A stretch of DNA of 38,000 nt from Nemertoderma westbladi (Eukaryota > Animalia > Xenacoelomorpha), in assembly GCA_032718475.1 (NCBI GenBank), contig JAUCBJ010004746.1, forward strand, positions 1 to 38,000, written 5' to 3'. The position numbers were made by a program, and so were the translations under genes. Position 1 is the stretch's first letter, and each line of letters opens with the position of its first letter. The notes under the pieces are model-generated. The model was not told the DNA's origin. It searched no databases and saw nothing but the letters and a program-made list of their open reading frames with translations. Positions 11,031 through 23,745 of this stretch are shown here, piece after piece.

Positions 11031-11222
11031 CATCTTGCGAATTAATATCCCGCCTCAATGTTAAATTATCAATTTAGGGAAAGGAGCAGGTTACAGTGGC
11101 ACGTTATTTCAACCAAACCAATAAACTAAACACAATAGAACAGGTTACAGTTTTATTTTTGAGAGTAATCAGCTGTTAATTGCGTCGAATTTCCCCCTGG
11201 AGATGGATGAATTTTTATTGCG
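11031..11222. repeat. Dispersed repeat, second copy of the element at 1105-1312
   Basis: Collinear similarity with 1105-1312 over about 190 bp. Confidence 0.7.
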
Positions 11223-12049
11223 TCCTGTTTCCCCCCTCAAAATAGTTCAAAAATACCCCAAAAAACTATAACCTGTTTCGTTCCCCGTTGCCTTACCAGC
11301 GTAGAGTTAATAAGGTATTTTTGAAGTATTTTAGGTAATTCGTCTGTTCGAAGGTCCAAAGACCAAATCTCCCGAAACAAAGTAACGTCATCCTCCTGTC
11401 CTCCTCATTAAAATTGTGGAGCACGTCGAGATCGTCAAGAAGGATGTTACTATTACATATTACTTATTATTATTATACATATTACATACTGAAACATATT
11501 ACAGTTATATTTTATTTTGTATATTAATCAATTAAAAATAGGTTAATTAATTAATTAAAATAGTAAAAGATATTAGCCGCAAAGATATACAATTATAACT
11601 ACAGTATTGTTATTAACAACACGACAGTTACAATACTAAATACTATTCTGTAATACGCCCACGAATAACGCAAGCCACATAAAAATAATACTTATATGCA
11701 TTGTGTAATTACAGTATTATTAGAGGGAAGGCCCTATTGTATACGCTCCCTGGAATTGATACCCCAGAGCCGTCGAGTCAGTGTCAGACATCCAATAGAA
11801 TCAACTCACCTTCAATATACTTCAATACGAACTGGATACACCCCATGTTAAATAAATAAATTGTTCTGAAATGAATATTTACGACATTCGCTGCCGCTCC
11901 CGTTGACTACTAAGGGCCCCCCTATTTTGTTTCACGTTGTTCCTATTTTGTTAACATTGTACAGTTACAATACATGTTACAGTAGCATTCATTGGATAGA
12001 AGCCCTGCCCGCTCACGGGGCTTCCCCAATCCCCAGACAGCCAATAGAA

Positions 12050-12726
12050 GGTACATGCTAAAAAGTAGAATGAGCTAGAATGATCTATAATGACCTAGAA
12101 TGATCTAGAATGACCTAGAATGAGCTAGAATGACCTAAGAATGAGCTATGAGAAGATGATAGAATGCAAGAATGATCTAGAATTATCTAGAATGACATAA
12201 GAATCACCTAGAACGAACTCTGTTGAGATGATAGAACGCAATACCGACCTATACCGAGCTATAACAAGATAAGAATCACCTAGAATGAGCTATTATTATT
12301 AGTAATACTATTATTTGTAGTAATATGCTCGCTTAGAAGAATGCTGCTTACTACCTTGTTTATGTCCGGCACTAATAGGCTTCCGGTATGTAGTTTCCAA
12401 AACCGAAGCGCTGTAACTGAAGAACTTATCCACTACCTGCTCTTTACTAGAAATCGCCATACTACGACATATTGCTGGCTCTCGAAGAAACGATTCATAT
12501 CCCTGACTCAAACGACTCGATTCTTATCTTGTTACAGCTCGGTATAGGTCGGTATTGCATTCTATCATATCCTCATAGCTCATTCTAGGTGATTCTTAGG
12601 TCATTCTAGGTCATTCTTGCATTCTATAATCTCCTCATAGCTCATTCTAGGTCATTGTTAGGTCATTCTAGCTCATTCTAGGTCATTCTAGATCATTCTA
12701 GCTCATTCCACTTTTTAGCATGTACC
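12050..12726. mobile_element. Foldback/Mutator-like MITE (677 bp) with ~225-bp TIRs and a perfect 9-bp TSD
   Basis: Termini GGTACATGCTAAAAAGT... and ...ACTTTTTAGCATGTACC. TIRs are made of TAGAATGA(G/C/T)C 10-mers. TSD CCAATAGAA at 12041-12049 and 12727-12735. Confidence 0.93.
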
Positions 12727-13664
12727 CCAATAGAATCAACTCACATTTACTTCACTATGTTTCTATTTGTTTCTGCCACTACTAGCTTATACATTTATTT
12801 TAGGAAGGGATCTTGGGGTCTTAGCCTCGAATGATAAGTTTATTTTACCGAAAATAACTTATCTTTTATTGGCGCAATTGAAAAATACTCGAAAAATACA
12901 GCTTGCCAACACATTGTTACTACTAGCTTACTGATTCTGATTCACCCCATGTTAAATAAATGTTCTGGAATGAATATTTACAACATGGGCTATAAAGGCC
13001 GGTTTACACATGGCAACTTTTTTGAGCATCTTTGTCAGTAACTTGTAGAGCAACTCAGTTTGCCGATCTGTAAAAAAAGTTTCAGTTTTACGGCAACTTA
13101 CGGAATTCACGAGGGTGAATTAAAGCAGGATAGTAGAGCAATAAATAATGTGTTTTATTTATAGCAGTGTAATTTTATTGTTAAAATCATCCTTATTATT
13201 ATAATTATTAAAATATATTATTGTTTAATAAGCAATTTAACATTGCGCCAGTCGCACTGTTCTTATTGTGATTTGTTGATATTGATACCAATGGAAAGGT
13301 GCCGTTGAAAGGATTCCAAATTTGCAAATAACTGTTAATGTCATTTAGAAATAGCTGAGATATTGGCCTTCAAAAAGTGCAGGTATTTACAGCCTGCAGG
13401 ACAGCCCATTTATTACATTTAATAAAAACACAATATTCTGGCACATATTATTTATTTGAAGATTATTAATTAAGTACTTGATTATTTTACTAGCCGTAGC
13501 TACTCATTAAATAAATAAAATGCCATAGAATATTATTTATTAATGTACAAAGTTGACTGATTGAAGAGCAATAATCCCCATTTACCTAGGAAAATAATGC
13601 AAATATTATTTACCGCTAGCCCATTGACTGAGCGGTAAATAATGTAAATTTAACAATAAAGGAC

Positions 13665-13912
13665 TATTATTCGATAAAAAAAAAGTAAGCGGAAAACACC
13701 GCTTTTTTTCACTCATTTTCAATTTAACGAAATTCAGATATTCTGTCCGAGTGGTTGAGTTTTACAAGAGTTGGCAGGTTTTTAGCACGAGCGAAGCGAG
13801 TGCAAATCAAATGCCGAAGCGAAGCAAATGCCAATGAGGCAGAATTTCTGAATTTCACTTAAGAAAATGAGTGGAAAATATTGTTTACCGATACGTTTTT
13901 ATATCGAATATA
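13665..13912. mobile_element. Degenerate hairpin MITE
   Basis: Imperfect inverted arms (TATTCGATA..CACTCATTTTC..GAAATTCAGA.ATTCTG vs CAGAATTTCTGAATTTC..GAAAATGAGTG..TATCGAATA), with a central GCACGAGCGAAGCGAGTGC motif. A partial copy lies at 10916-11020. Confidence 0.65.
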
Positions 13913-14151
13913 TTGTTTTATTTGAAAAAAATATCACCAGCGTTATCAATGTTTATGACGTATAATATTACTATATTTTAATGCGGAATCTCAAATCTCA
14001 AATAAATAAATATACTGTAGCTAGCCGTACAGTAAGCTACCTGACAAGCCTCTGTTAGTCGGTCTACATTATATAATCATTATGCACCAGGACCTTACTC
14101 AATTATATGAAATTATGTATCAATTTGATTATATTGTGTAGTAAATAGTTC

Positions 14152-14400
14152 AATAAAAAAAATTAGTTAAAAAAAGTCAAAAATTAGTTCAAAAAAAGTA
14201 AAAATTAGTTAAAAAAAAAGTAAAAATTAGTTAAAAAAAGTAAAAAAAGTAAAAAATTGGTTAAAAAAAAGTAAAAATTAGTTAAAAAAATGTAAAAAAT
14301 TGGTTAAAAAAGGTAAAAAATTAGGCAAAAAAAACGACTTTTTTAACTAATTTTCTGGAAATTAGTAAAAAAAAGTTAAAATAATTAACTCAATTTTCAA
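14152..14400. repeat. A-rich ~20-bp tandem repeat (AAAAATTAGTTAAAAAAAGT)n with one inverted unit
   Basis: About 9 degenerate direct copies over 14155-14335, then ACTTTTTTAACTAATTTT (reverse complement) near 14337-14354. Confidence 0.8.
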
Positions 14401-15852
14401 AATATTAGTGAGAAAAAGAGCCTTTTTCAAATAAAATAATTTTATTGATAAATTTGGATCAGCTGATATTGACTTTGGGACTTTTGATAGTGATTTATCA
14501 TTGGTTACTTATTTGTATTACAAATGATGGCAGATAGGTTGAACACGGATGCAAACTGCCGAAGGATGCCATCGTCATGAGTAATTACTGAATTTATGAC
14601 AACGGCTGAACGGTAATATCATGGACGGACGGACCACCGCCACCGCTGGGGTAGGCCATGATGCCGTTTTTATCAGTCAGTACTCTACATCTGTACATCC
14701 TGATATCACTACACAGCTACCGCTACCGGCTACGGCAGTAGGCATTCACCTGCCTGTGTGCTATCCACTATCAGGTATCAGCTATGGTCAGATGGTAGCT
14801 ACTGCCTAGTGAGCTACCGGTATGTAATTGTTTCGTAAGTCAGACCAGGAGACAGTCGTAAATGTTAACGGTATGGCACCTAGCTGCCTAGCTAGACCAG
14901 AATCTGAGAATGTCTGCAGTTTCCTCCTTCTGTCCTTTCAGCCTTTCAGGCAGGTTCAGCCTTTCACCTTTAATCATTCGAGCAACGGGCAGACTGGCAA
15001 ACGGAGACGGGCAGAGGAAGACTGGCCAGGCCATGCTGCCATGGCCAGGCAGCCAGGAATGGATATTTTTTTCAAATATCCAAAGTATCCATGATCCAAG
15101 TCCAGAAATTCTGAAATCACTGAATCACCTGACCTGCTGACGGCGGTTACCTTGTTGCTATGTAAAATTGTAAAATCTTTGTTGCTAAGGAAAGAACATG
15201 AAAGTGAAAGTGTTTTAGTTTTGTTAGGTGGTTGGGTCTCTATGTGTCTATGGAAAAATGGACTCGTTTGGCAGTTTGGTCAGTCTGTCAGTTGGTATCG
15301 TTTTAATACAGTAATAAGATTATGGATTAACTGATTAATATGCAAAAATATTTGGTTTGGGTGAATTGCGAATAAGTTTAGTTTAACTACCGCGCTACCG
15401 CGCTACCGGTGGTAGGCCTACTGGCCTAGGCCCTACCATACAGCCATCCCATGTGCCAGGCTGAGCCTGGACCATACCATCCACGAGCCACCCAACTGCC
15501 CAATCCAGCAATCTGCCAATACCTGAATACTGCAATTATTTTGGCCTAGATTTGCTGCAGTATTACAGTATTAGTCAGTTAGTATATACCGGCGGTAGTC
15601 ACATAGCTGCAGTAGCTGCATAAGCATAGTTAGTCAGTTAGTTAGTACTGTAATAATAAGGCTGTAAGGTACAATAGTAGGGTTGACGGCTGCGGGCTGA
15701 GCTAGCAACAGCCAACTGGCCAATCGGTAGTAATTACAATTATGAATCATTTCCGGTCTTTTAGTGTTATAACATCAAATACCCCAATCGTTGTAATTTA
15801 ATAGTTTAATAACTAGGTTTATCATTATCAATCTTTCTATTTATTATCCGAG

Positions 15853-16915
15853 ATGTCTTCCAAATACACAAGAATCCGACAAATAGGGGAGGGATCGTTT
15901 GGTAAGGCAATTCTCGTTCGGGATGCTAATAAAACTAAATTCGTTATGAAAGAAATTAATATATTAAAAATGCCAATAAAGGAACGTAAAGAAGCGAGAA
16001 AGGAGGTTGAACTGTTGCAACGATTACAACACCAGTTTATTGTCCGATACATAGAATCGTTTGAAGAGGAGGGCCATTTGTATATCGTGATGGATTATTG
16101 CGACGGCGGAGATCTATACCAAAAGATAAGTTCCCAAGGAACTAAACTCTTCGCCGAGGAACAGATCCTCTACTGGTTCACCCAGATCTGCCTCGCTCTC
16201 AAACACATCCACGACCGCAAGATTCTACATAGGGACATAAAAACCAGCAACATCTTCCTCATGCAGGACGGCAGGGTGAGACTGGGCGACTTTGGGATCG
16301 CGCGAGTCCTGGACTGCACTTCGGAACTCGCAAAGACCTGCATCGGAACGCCGTACTATCTGTCTCCCGAGATCTGCGAGAATCGACCATACAACGATAA
16401 GAGCGACATTTGGGCGTTAGGGTGCGTTCTCTACGAGATTATAACTCTTAAACACGCTTTCGAGGCGCGAAATATGAAGAACCTCGTACTTAAGATTATC
16501 CAGGGGTCCTACACTCCCATCTCGTCGCGTTACAGTTCCGAGTTACGCAGTTTATTAAACAGTTTGTTCCGCCGTTCCGCGCGGGAACGCCCCTCTATCA
16601 GTAACATTCTCCGTAAACCACTGATCGCCCGTCACGTGACCCTCCTGGAGGACTCGGTATCGGCGCGGCCGGTCTACTCGCGCCCAATCAGCGCTCCCGT
16701 ACGCCGTGCCGCGCCCTCCCCGTACGAACCCGCCGCCAAGTACGGCGCGGTTAAACGGCCGCTCCCAGCCGTGCGACGCTCCGTCGAGAAGCCGAGAGTG
16801 TCGCGGCCCTCCAGCGGTGCCGACGGGTATCGCGTAGCAGGAGGGAGACGGGAGAACGAAGCGAAGAAACCCAAAGTGGCGCCGGCGAGACCGCAGATAA
16901 AGTCTCCGTACCAAG
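15853..16915 (+). CDS. NEK1: Serine/threonine-protein kinase NEK1, coding exon 1 (kinase domain and basic region)
   Basis: [94 protein letters not shown] fit the NEK1 subfamily. Donor CAAG|GTTGGT at 16915/16916 (phase 1). Confidence 0.92.
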
Positions 16916-19449
16916 GTTGGTTGTTTTAGCATTCAGTTATATTCTTATTAATTGTCGGTATTTCAATGTATTAATTAATTATTCAGTCCTGACTGAAGCG
17001 CCTGTAACCTTTACAACCTTGCTGATTTAGGTGACCCGATTGAATAGCAGTCCATGTGCTCCTAATCCGAAGTATACTGGGCTGGTTCGTCATATATTTA
17101 TAGGAATTATATGTTTAATTAAACAAAATAACTCTAAAGTAACTATATTTGTATATGTAGAGCAGTGAAGTTGCGCGATTGTATCCCACTGTATATTTAT
17201 CTTAAATGGATAATTTATCTTCCAAAATTCGGGTTCAAACTTCTTCAACAAATTGAATCTATGATGTAAGAACCCTAACCAAATAATTATTTATTAATAA
17301 AATCTAACAAATAATTTATTCGAATTATACGACTTCGACCGTGGAGTTCTAGAATATTCATTTATACTCCAGAATATTAATTAATTTATGGTATAAATAT
17401 TAAATAACATTCTAGAATCCATGCTTAGACCCAAGTTCTAGTTACATAACAGTACCGGTATTATTACAGTTAATCCGCCATCTGTAACTTGCTCAAAAAA
17501 ATCTCGCCAAAGTACAGCATAAATATTTTTTTATAATACGAAGTTTTTACAATTACAATTTGTTTTGCTTATTATTGTAATTATATATTAACCGCACTAT
17601 TTTTTATTAATATTTTTACTAGGCCTACTACCTTTTTATTTAACAGTACGGTATATATTAATACCCGATTAACATACAAGTGTTATTGATTTTCCTTTCA
17701 CTATTTTATTGTTGTAAACTATCCGAGTTTCTATTGGATTAGCTGATCTAGACCGCTCTAACCCTGGATTGGCCATCCACACAATATGTAAAGTTAATGT
17801 AAATCATATCCACCAACACATCTGTTGCTTCTTTTAGTGAAGCAAACGATTGATTATAAATGCAATGTAATTGTAATTAGTTGTTAAATTCTTAAATTGT
17901 TAGTTTTTCGCCCGAAAATACACACAAATCGGTAGAATAATAAGTACTTCTCCTTAGGGAGGAAGTAAGAGTAAGTAAGATTGCAGTGATTTTACTTTTT
18001 TTTCCGGTGAAAAAGAAAATGACAATTTTTTAAATGTTAAATGTGTCGAAAGAGCGTCGAAGTAGAAAAGGTTTGGAAAAACTTGAGCAATATCCATTCG
18101 TACACTCAAAGTTATTGTAACTTTAGTGTCTGCAAGGCGAACTCCAAAACGGAACTCAATATCCAATATTGTTTATGTTGTTAAGCGGCTCTCTAGTTAC
18201 GTAATAAATATTCGAGAACACTAAATTATTTAACATTGAGTAAGGCAGCATCAGGAGTTGAAGAGTACAGTAATTTGAATCGCAGTAACAATGGAAGCAA
18301 TATAGTAAAATACTACAGTTCGATTTATTTTGTAACACTATATCGTTATATTATTGTATTATTATATTTACCACTATTACAGTATTTCCATTTGCTGCTC
18401 TTTTATAGGCCTCATAAAGATAATAATAACAATTTCAAAGTGATATTGATCTTATTATTGATTGTTTTATTTTTGGAACCGATTAGTTTTGTATTAAATT
18501 TAGTCCAATTTATTGTAACGCTAATACTAAATACTGTTAAGGTGTAAAAGCTGTTCACATAATATTCAATAATGGATGCGAATGGCAATAATTTATTTAA
18601 ATTTAAATTTTTTTATATGATAGCAATAATTAAATTCGATAGTTATTTAAATTTGTGATGGTATTAAATTAAATATAAAATCTTCATTTTCAAGGCATTC
18701 AAGGCCTACTATTTAATTTCTTTAATAAATAAATGTAGGTTTATTGTGTTGCAAGACCTACTATAGATACGCCCTACCAAGCGCAAAGCAAAGCTCCTAA
18801 ATTTAGTGGGCCAGTTATGTTTCTTAGTTAAAATCCCTGAAACAATAAAATGTCTAGCGCATCGAAAGTACTTATCCCTAACTAAAATTATGTCCTCTTT
18901 CAGATGAGTCAACTAAAATTTGTAATAGCTCAAGTAGGTTTCGAGAGGAGGAGTTCCTGGCACCCATTTTAGCACCATTTGGAATTGAAAAACAAATTAC
19001 TAAAATATATATTTTATTTTCAAGTAATACGTAATTGTACAATGCACACCGAACAATTATCTTTTTGCTGCTAAAAATTCCTGTAATTTTCATGAAAAAT
19101 GTAATAAGTTGCAGTCGGATCCATCGGTGGGTGACTACCGGTACCAAACGATTGGACACGGCAGCTTGTTGTCTAATATGTATGTTAACAAGACACGTGC
19201 GAAAATTTCTGAAACTAGAACTGGAAACTGAAACTGGAGCTGAAATAAATAGGTTTATTAGAACTGAAACTGAAATTATTATTATTTGGGAACTGGAACT
19301 TGAACTGAATGAACTTGTTTATTAGAACTGGAACTGAAACCGAAACAAGTCAAATTTTCTTTCAGTTCGCAGCTGTAGTAGACACCTGAGAATAAACCGT
19401 TGTGGTTTGTTTCATAACTGTATTGAGTTTTATTATTTTCTATGATTAG
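16916..19449 (+). other. NEK1: GT-AG intron (2534 bp, phase 1) of NEK1
   Basis: The acceptor TTTATTATTTTCTATGATTAG ends at 19449. Joining gives an in-frame PYQG-DIHQRGLDAYQQW and a 1302-aa product, the expected size class for NEK1. A small unseen internal exon cannot be excluded. Confidence 0.8.
19213..19345. repeat. Degenerate 6-bp tandem repeat (GAACTG/GAAACT)n in the NEK1 intron
   Basis: Clusters such as aactagaactggaaactgaaactggagctg and gaactggaacttgaactg. Confidence 0.6.
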
Positions 19450-22295
19450 GAGATATCCACCAACGGGGGTTGGACGCCTACCAACAATGGTTGAAAGACA
19501 TCGAGAAGAAGAGACTCGAGATTCGAGGGCTTCGAGACCAGGTTAATAACAACGAAGAGGTTCTACAGAGGGAGGAACGTAGGGATGAGCAGAGAGAGGA
19601 ACACAGGGAGGAACGCAGAGAGGAACACAAGGAGGAGCGCAGAGAGGAACACCTCCCGAGGGAGGACGCTATTCAACGAGTTCTACACCGGCCAGACGAC
19701 CCGGTACTGAACCGGTTCCCAGGACACCCCCTAGCGGCCGACCGAGTCCCGTCTCACATCGCGGCTAACCGCGCCAAGGAGATCAACGTGTTCCTCCAGC
19801 GGAAACGGGAGGCGGCGGCGAACCGAGCGCGAGTCGAGAACGGGGGCGGTGAGGGGGGCAGGGAGGGGGCCCAGGGGGGCCGGGACGCGGGACTGGGACC
19901 CCAACCCCGGAACGTAGACGAGCGGCTGTATCTCGAACGACTCAAACAGATCCGCATGCAGAACTACAACGAGCGTCGGGCGGTCAGGGAGCGGGTTCAA
20001 CGGGGTCAGTCCCCGTTGGCGGCCCCTCCCGCAGGGGGCGTAGCAGCGCGCCAGTCTAAGATCGAGATGCTCAAGGTGCAGGCGGACCAGCGGGCTGTGT
20101 TGCTACGCGACCGCTTGGAGCAGAAGCGACGGGAGGTGAGTCAGCGGGAGCGGTTGGAGGAGGAGCGGGTGAGAAACCGGGGGAAACCGCCGAGTCCCGA
20201 GGAGTTGGGGGTCCCCCACCGGCAACCCGCGGTGTCGATGACGTCCGCGTTGAGGCAGGTGTGCGCGCCGGCTGTCGGTGCACCCGGTGGCGCGCCGTTG
20301 CTTCCCAGCGGCGCGCCCACAGCTGCCGCTGTCCCCGCTGGTTTAACCGCCGCTCTCAGGAATATCGCCGGAAGTCGCGCCCCACCCTCCTCGATCGCTC
20401 CGCCTCAGATCGGAATGACAGCGGCGTTGCGGAACGTAGCCTCGGGCGCCCCCACCCGGGAACCAGGGGAATCCTCACCCGCGTCGGAGGAACCCAAACC
20501 GATGGTGGAGCGAGAAAAATCCGAGATTCTAAAACGATTGAACGAGAAAATGGCGGTGGGGAAACCGTTCGAGGAGAAACAAGTTGACGGAGAATCAGTT
20601 ACTGAGAGCTCCGAACGTAAATCGTGGGCGCCGCGCCCGTCCAACACGCTACTCAACGCCCTAAATGATCAGAATGTTACGCCCCCGGGCGATACCTTAC
20701 CGGCTCCCAAGAACGCGTGGTCTGTCAGCCCCTCCGAGACTGTCTTCCACGCGTTAAACCAAGCGAGCATCGTCAACGACACCTTAGCTATTTCCTCATT
20801 GATTTCTACTGATAGTCCGACGTCGTTTGAGGAAACCCCCCCACCACACGAGATCTCCTATAAAACATTCGTGTTGAGGAAGTCCGATAGTTGTACAACA
20901 TCCTCCCCTGCACCCTCACCTTCTTCCAACACATCCAGCATATCGGGCTCCCCCGTATCCACCTCGACCACCACTGTAGTATCCCCCTCCAGCCCCCCAT
21001 TACCAACCGATCTACCGTCCCAGACAACTCCCACCAGCTCGATGTCGTCCATCACTCCATCCCCAACGTCCCCATCTGCGGAGTGTTTGTCTCCCAGTAA
21101 TATCTGCATCGATCAACTCTCCCCCAGTAGTGCAGTAACTACAGAGTTGTCATCAGCTTCTGTTGTAATCCCCCCGGCCACAGCGCCGTTATCCGGACGC
21201 GTACTGATGGGGCCTGGAACTGTCCCAACCACTGCGCCAGTCTCTGGTCTCGGACTGGTCACTTCACTCGCTGTTGTTGTCGAAGAAGTAGACGAGGATA
21301 AAGAATCTCCTGAGAAACATAACGAATCTGTTGCAATTGTTGATGAGGTCGTTAATGAGTTGACTTGTAACGATGAGGCAGCTGACGTCATTTCCTCTGA
21401 TACTCAAGGAGTTGAAAATAAAATACCCTGTATCGAATTAAACGGTGACATTGTAGGAGTTAAAGAAGTTGATAACGGCGCGTTAGAACATGTTGAAACC
21501 TTGGGGGAGGTCGAGAATACCAAAGTGAGAAGCGGTTGTGTTAAAGAGAAGCCGGAGAGTTCGGGAATCGATCCCATGGTGTCGGGAGGCAGTTCCACAT
21601 CTTCAGCGTCTCCGTTGAGTTCCCAGCTGTCCCACTCGATCGGGGGCTGCTTTATCGTCACGGGACTGCGCACCGGTCTCTTCGACATGAGCAGCGCCCC
21701 CAAGAGCATCCTGCGAACCTGTTCGGAACCCGAACTCAGCAGCAAACTCTTCGAGGAGGAAAAACTCTCCGCCAGTCCGTTCTACAACAGCGACTTCGAT
21801 GAGATGCAACAGCTGATCGATAGTCTCACCCTGGATGACATTAACGTGGAGGTTGTTAAGGCGAGCGATGACGACGGGGATGCCGATAAGGAGGACGAGG
21901 ATAGCGATAACGAGTTGATGTGTCTGCGACAGACGATGGAGGACCTTCTTGATAAAGACGACGACAGCGCCGAGGACTCCAAGGAAATTCGCGTTAAACC
22001 GGATGACGATGGTTCCTCGCCCTGGAACTCTGATGAGGATGAAGTACCGAGCAGCGCTCGGACGCGTTCCGATTCGGTTTACCATCGTCTGGAGGTCCGT
22101 CGGATCGAGCTGGAAGAGGCGCTCGGCGCTGATGAGTTGGTTAAGGTTTACCGCTACATCCAGGCCATCCACGAGGACGAGGATGAGTCCATCAACGACT
22201 GTCGCGCCAAGGTTGAGGGCCTCCTGGGCCGCTCCAAATCGCATCTGTACGATAAGATACTCCAGTTGGTGATCGCTGATTCAGCCTACATGTAA
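19450..22295 (+). CDS. NEK1: NEK1 coding exon 2 (coiled coils, low-complexity S/T/P and acidic regions, conserved C-terminal domain)
   Basis: FLQRKREAAANRAR, YLERLKQIRMQNYNER, LRTCSEPELS and the C-terminus DSVYHRLEVRRIELEEALG...IQAIHEDEDESI...LYDKILQLVIADSAY are recognisable NEK1 motifs. Confidence 0.9.
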
Positions 22296-23581
22296 TACCG
22301 GTCGATCGATTCGATTTACATTAGTAGATCTATAACCTTCTCTGGTATAAAGTTATAAGCATAGGAATAATATGCATAATTCATAATAATAATAATAATA
22401 CAGAGTCGGATATGGTATCATACATGACATGGCATTGAGTACCGGATATGGATATTCTGTTGCGGTTTTTCGGATATAGTACCGACTGTGGTTATCATCC
22501 CACTAGCTATCTTGTGGAAAGAATATAAATTACGGACACCTATCAGCTGAGATGTGCGTTTATCACTATCATCACTGTATATATACACTGGTATATTACT
22601 TATCCTGTAGGTATCAATATATATATATCGGTATATTTCCAGTATACCGGTACATATACCGATATGTGTACATACATACCCCTATAAATATGCACCTGTA
22701 AGACTCACAAAGTCTTGGCATATATGTTTATTGTTTATGTTCAAATGGTTTTACCGGTATGTCTATATTTTTTAAATTGGTGCCCCTTGAAGTGTAATTG
22801 TTTTTTGTTTAATATAATAATTTGGTAGATAAGTATTTTTAATAAGTAGATTTGATAACTCAGTCAGTGTTTATGTTAGCCATTAATTAAACACAGTTGG
22901 TTGTAGGTGAATTTTCGTTTTGCGACTGTTGCCGATTGTTACAGCAATTATTTATGTATATAAAATGGTTAAACTAAACAATCATACATTACAACTTTAT
23001 CAATTCAACTATTGTTCGTATTTTTCGCTAACATTCCTTCCAGTGTATACCAGGCCCGTTTTTATTTTTACCACTTACCGTTTTGTAGTTGTACCAGTTA
23101 CAGTGTGTACCGCGTTGTATTATATATTAAATGGTAACATGAAGATTGAAGACTCGAGGTCGATTCCCTCCAACGGGTGTTTCCCCTTCCATATCTAGTT
23201 CGGTCAGCATTCAACGTATGAAATATTATGGAACGTGGTTGAAAGCGGCGAAATCAATTCGCTACCTTTTAATATTTATTTTGATAAACATTATTTTCAC
23301 GATTTCCAACTCGGGTTTTAATATTTTTACCAACCCTATTTTGTTGATATTATAATCAAACCGTGTGGAAGAACTCCGGTTCAAATATAACGGGATATAA
23401 CTCAGAAAAACATGTTGATCGAAAGTAAAAATAGAAATATAGAGTGAATTGTTTGGTCGGTTTCTGCCACCGGACCCAAAGTCAATAAAGTCATATTTAA
23501 TATTTAATGAATCATTGGGTGTGGAGTTACGGTACGGTTACTACAGTAAATATTGTTTTTGTTTTTAACATCCATAGATTA

Positions 23582-23745
23582 TATAAATTATTAAGTAATT
23601 TAAACAGGGCTTAGGATGATCCAACTCTATAGCAAATGGAGCGGAAAAAATGAATTCGCCACCAGCGAGAATTCATTTTTTTCCGCTCCAATTGATATGG
23701 AGTTGGATCATCCTAAGTCCTGTTTAAATTACTTAATGATTTATA
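23582..23745. mobile_element. Near-perfect 164-bp palindrome (hairpin MITE)
   Basis: TATAAATTATTAAGTAATTTAAACAGGGCTTAGGATGATCCAACTC...GGAGCGGAAAAAATGAATTC pairs with GAATTCATTTTTTTCCGCTCC...GAGTTGGATCATCCTAAGTCCTGTTTAAATTACTTAATGATTTATA around a loop of about 11 nt. Confidence 0.8.

Noticed and set aside
16555-22272. Many alternative-frame and antisense ORFs over NEK1, and treating 19470-22295 as a separate gene
   Set aside because: Shadow ORFs of GC-rich coding sequence. The 941-aa ORF starts at TTG, carries NEK1 C-terminal motifs and splices in frame to the kinase exon.
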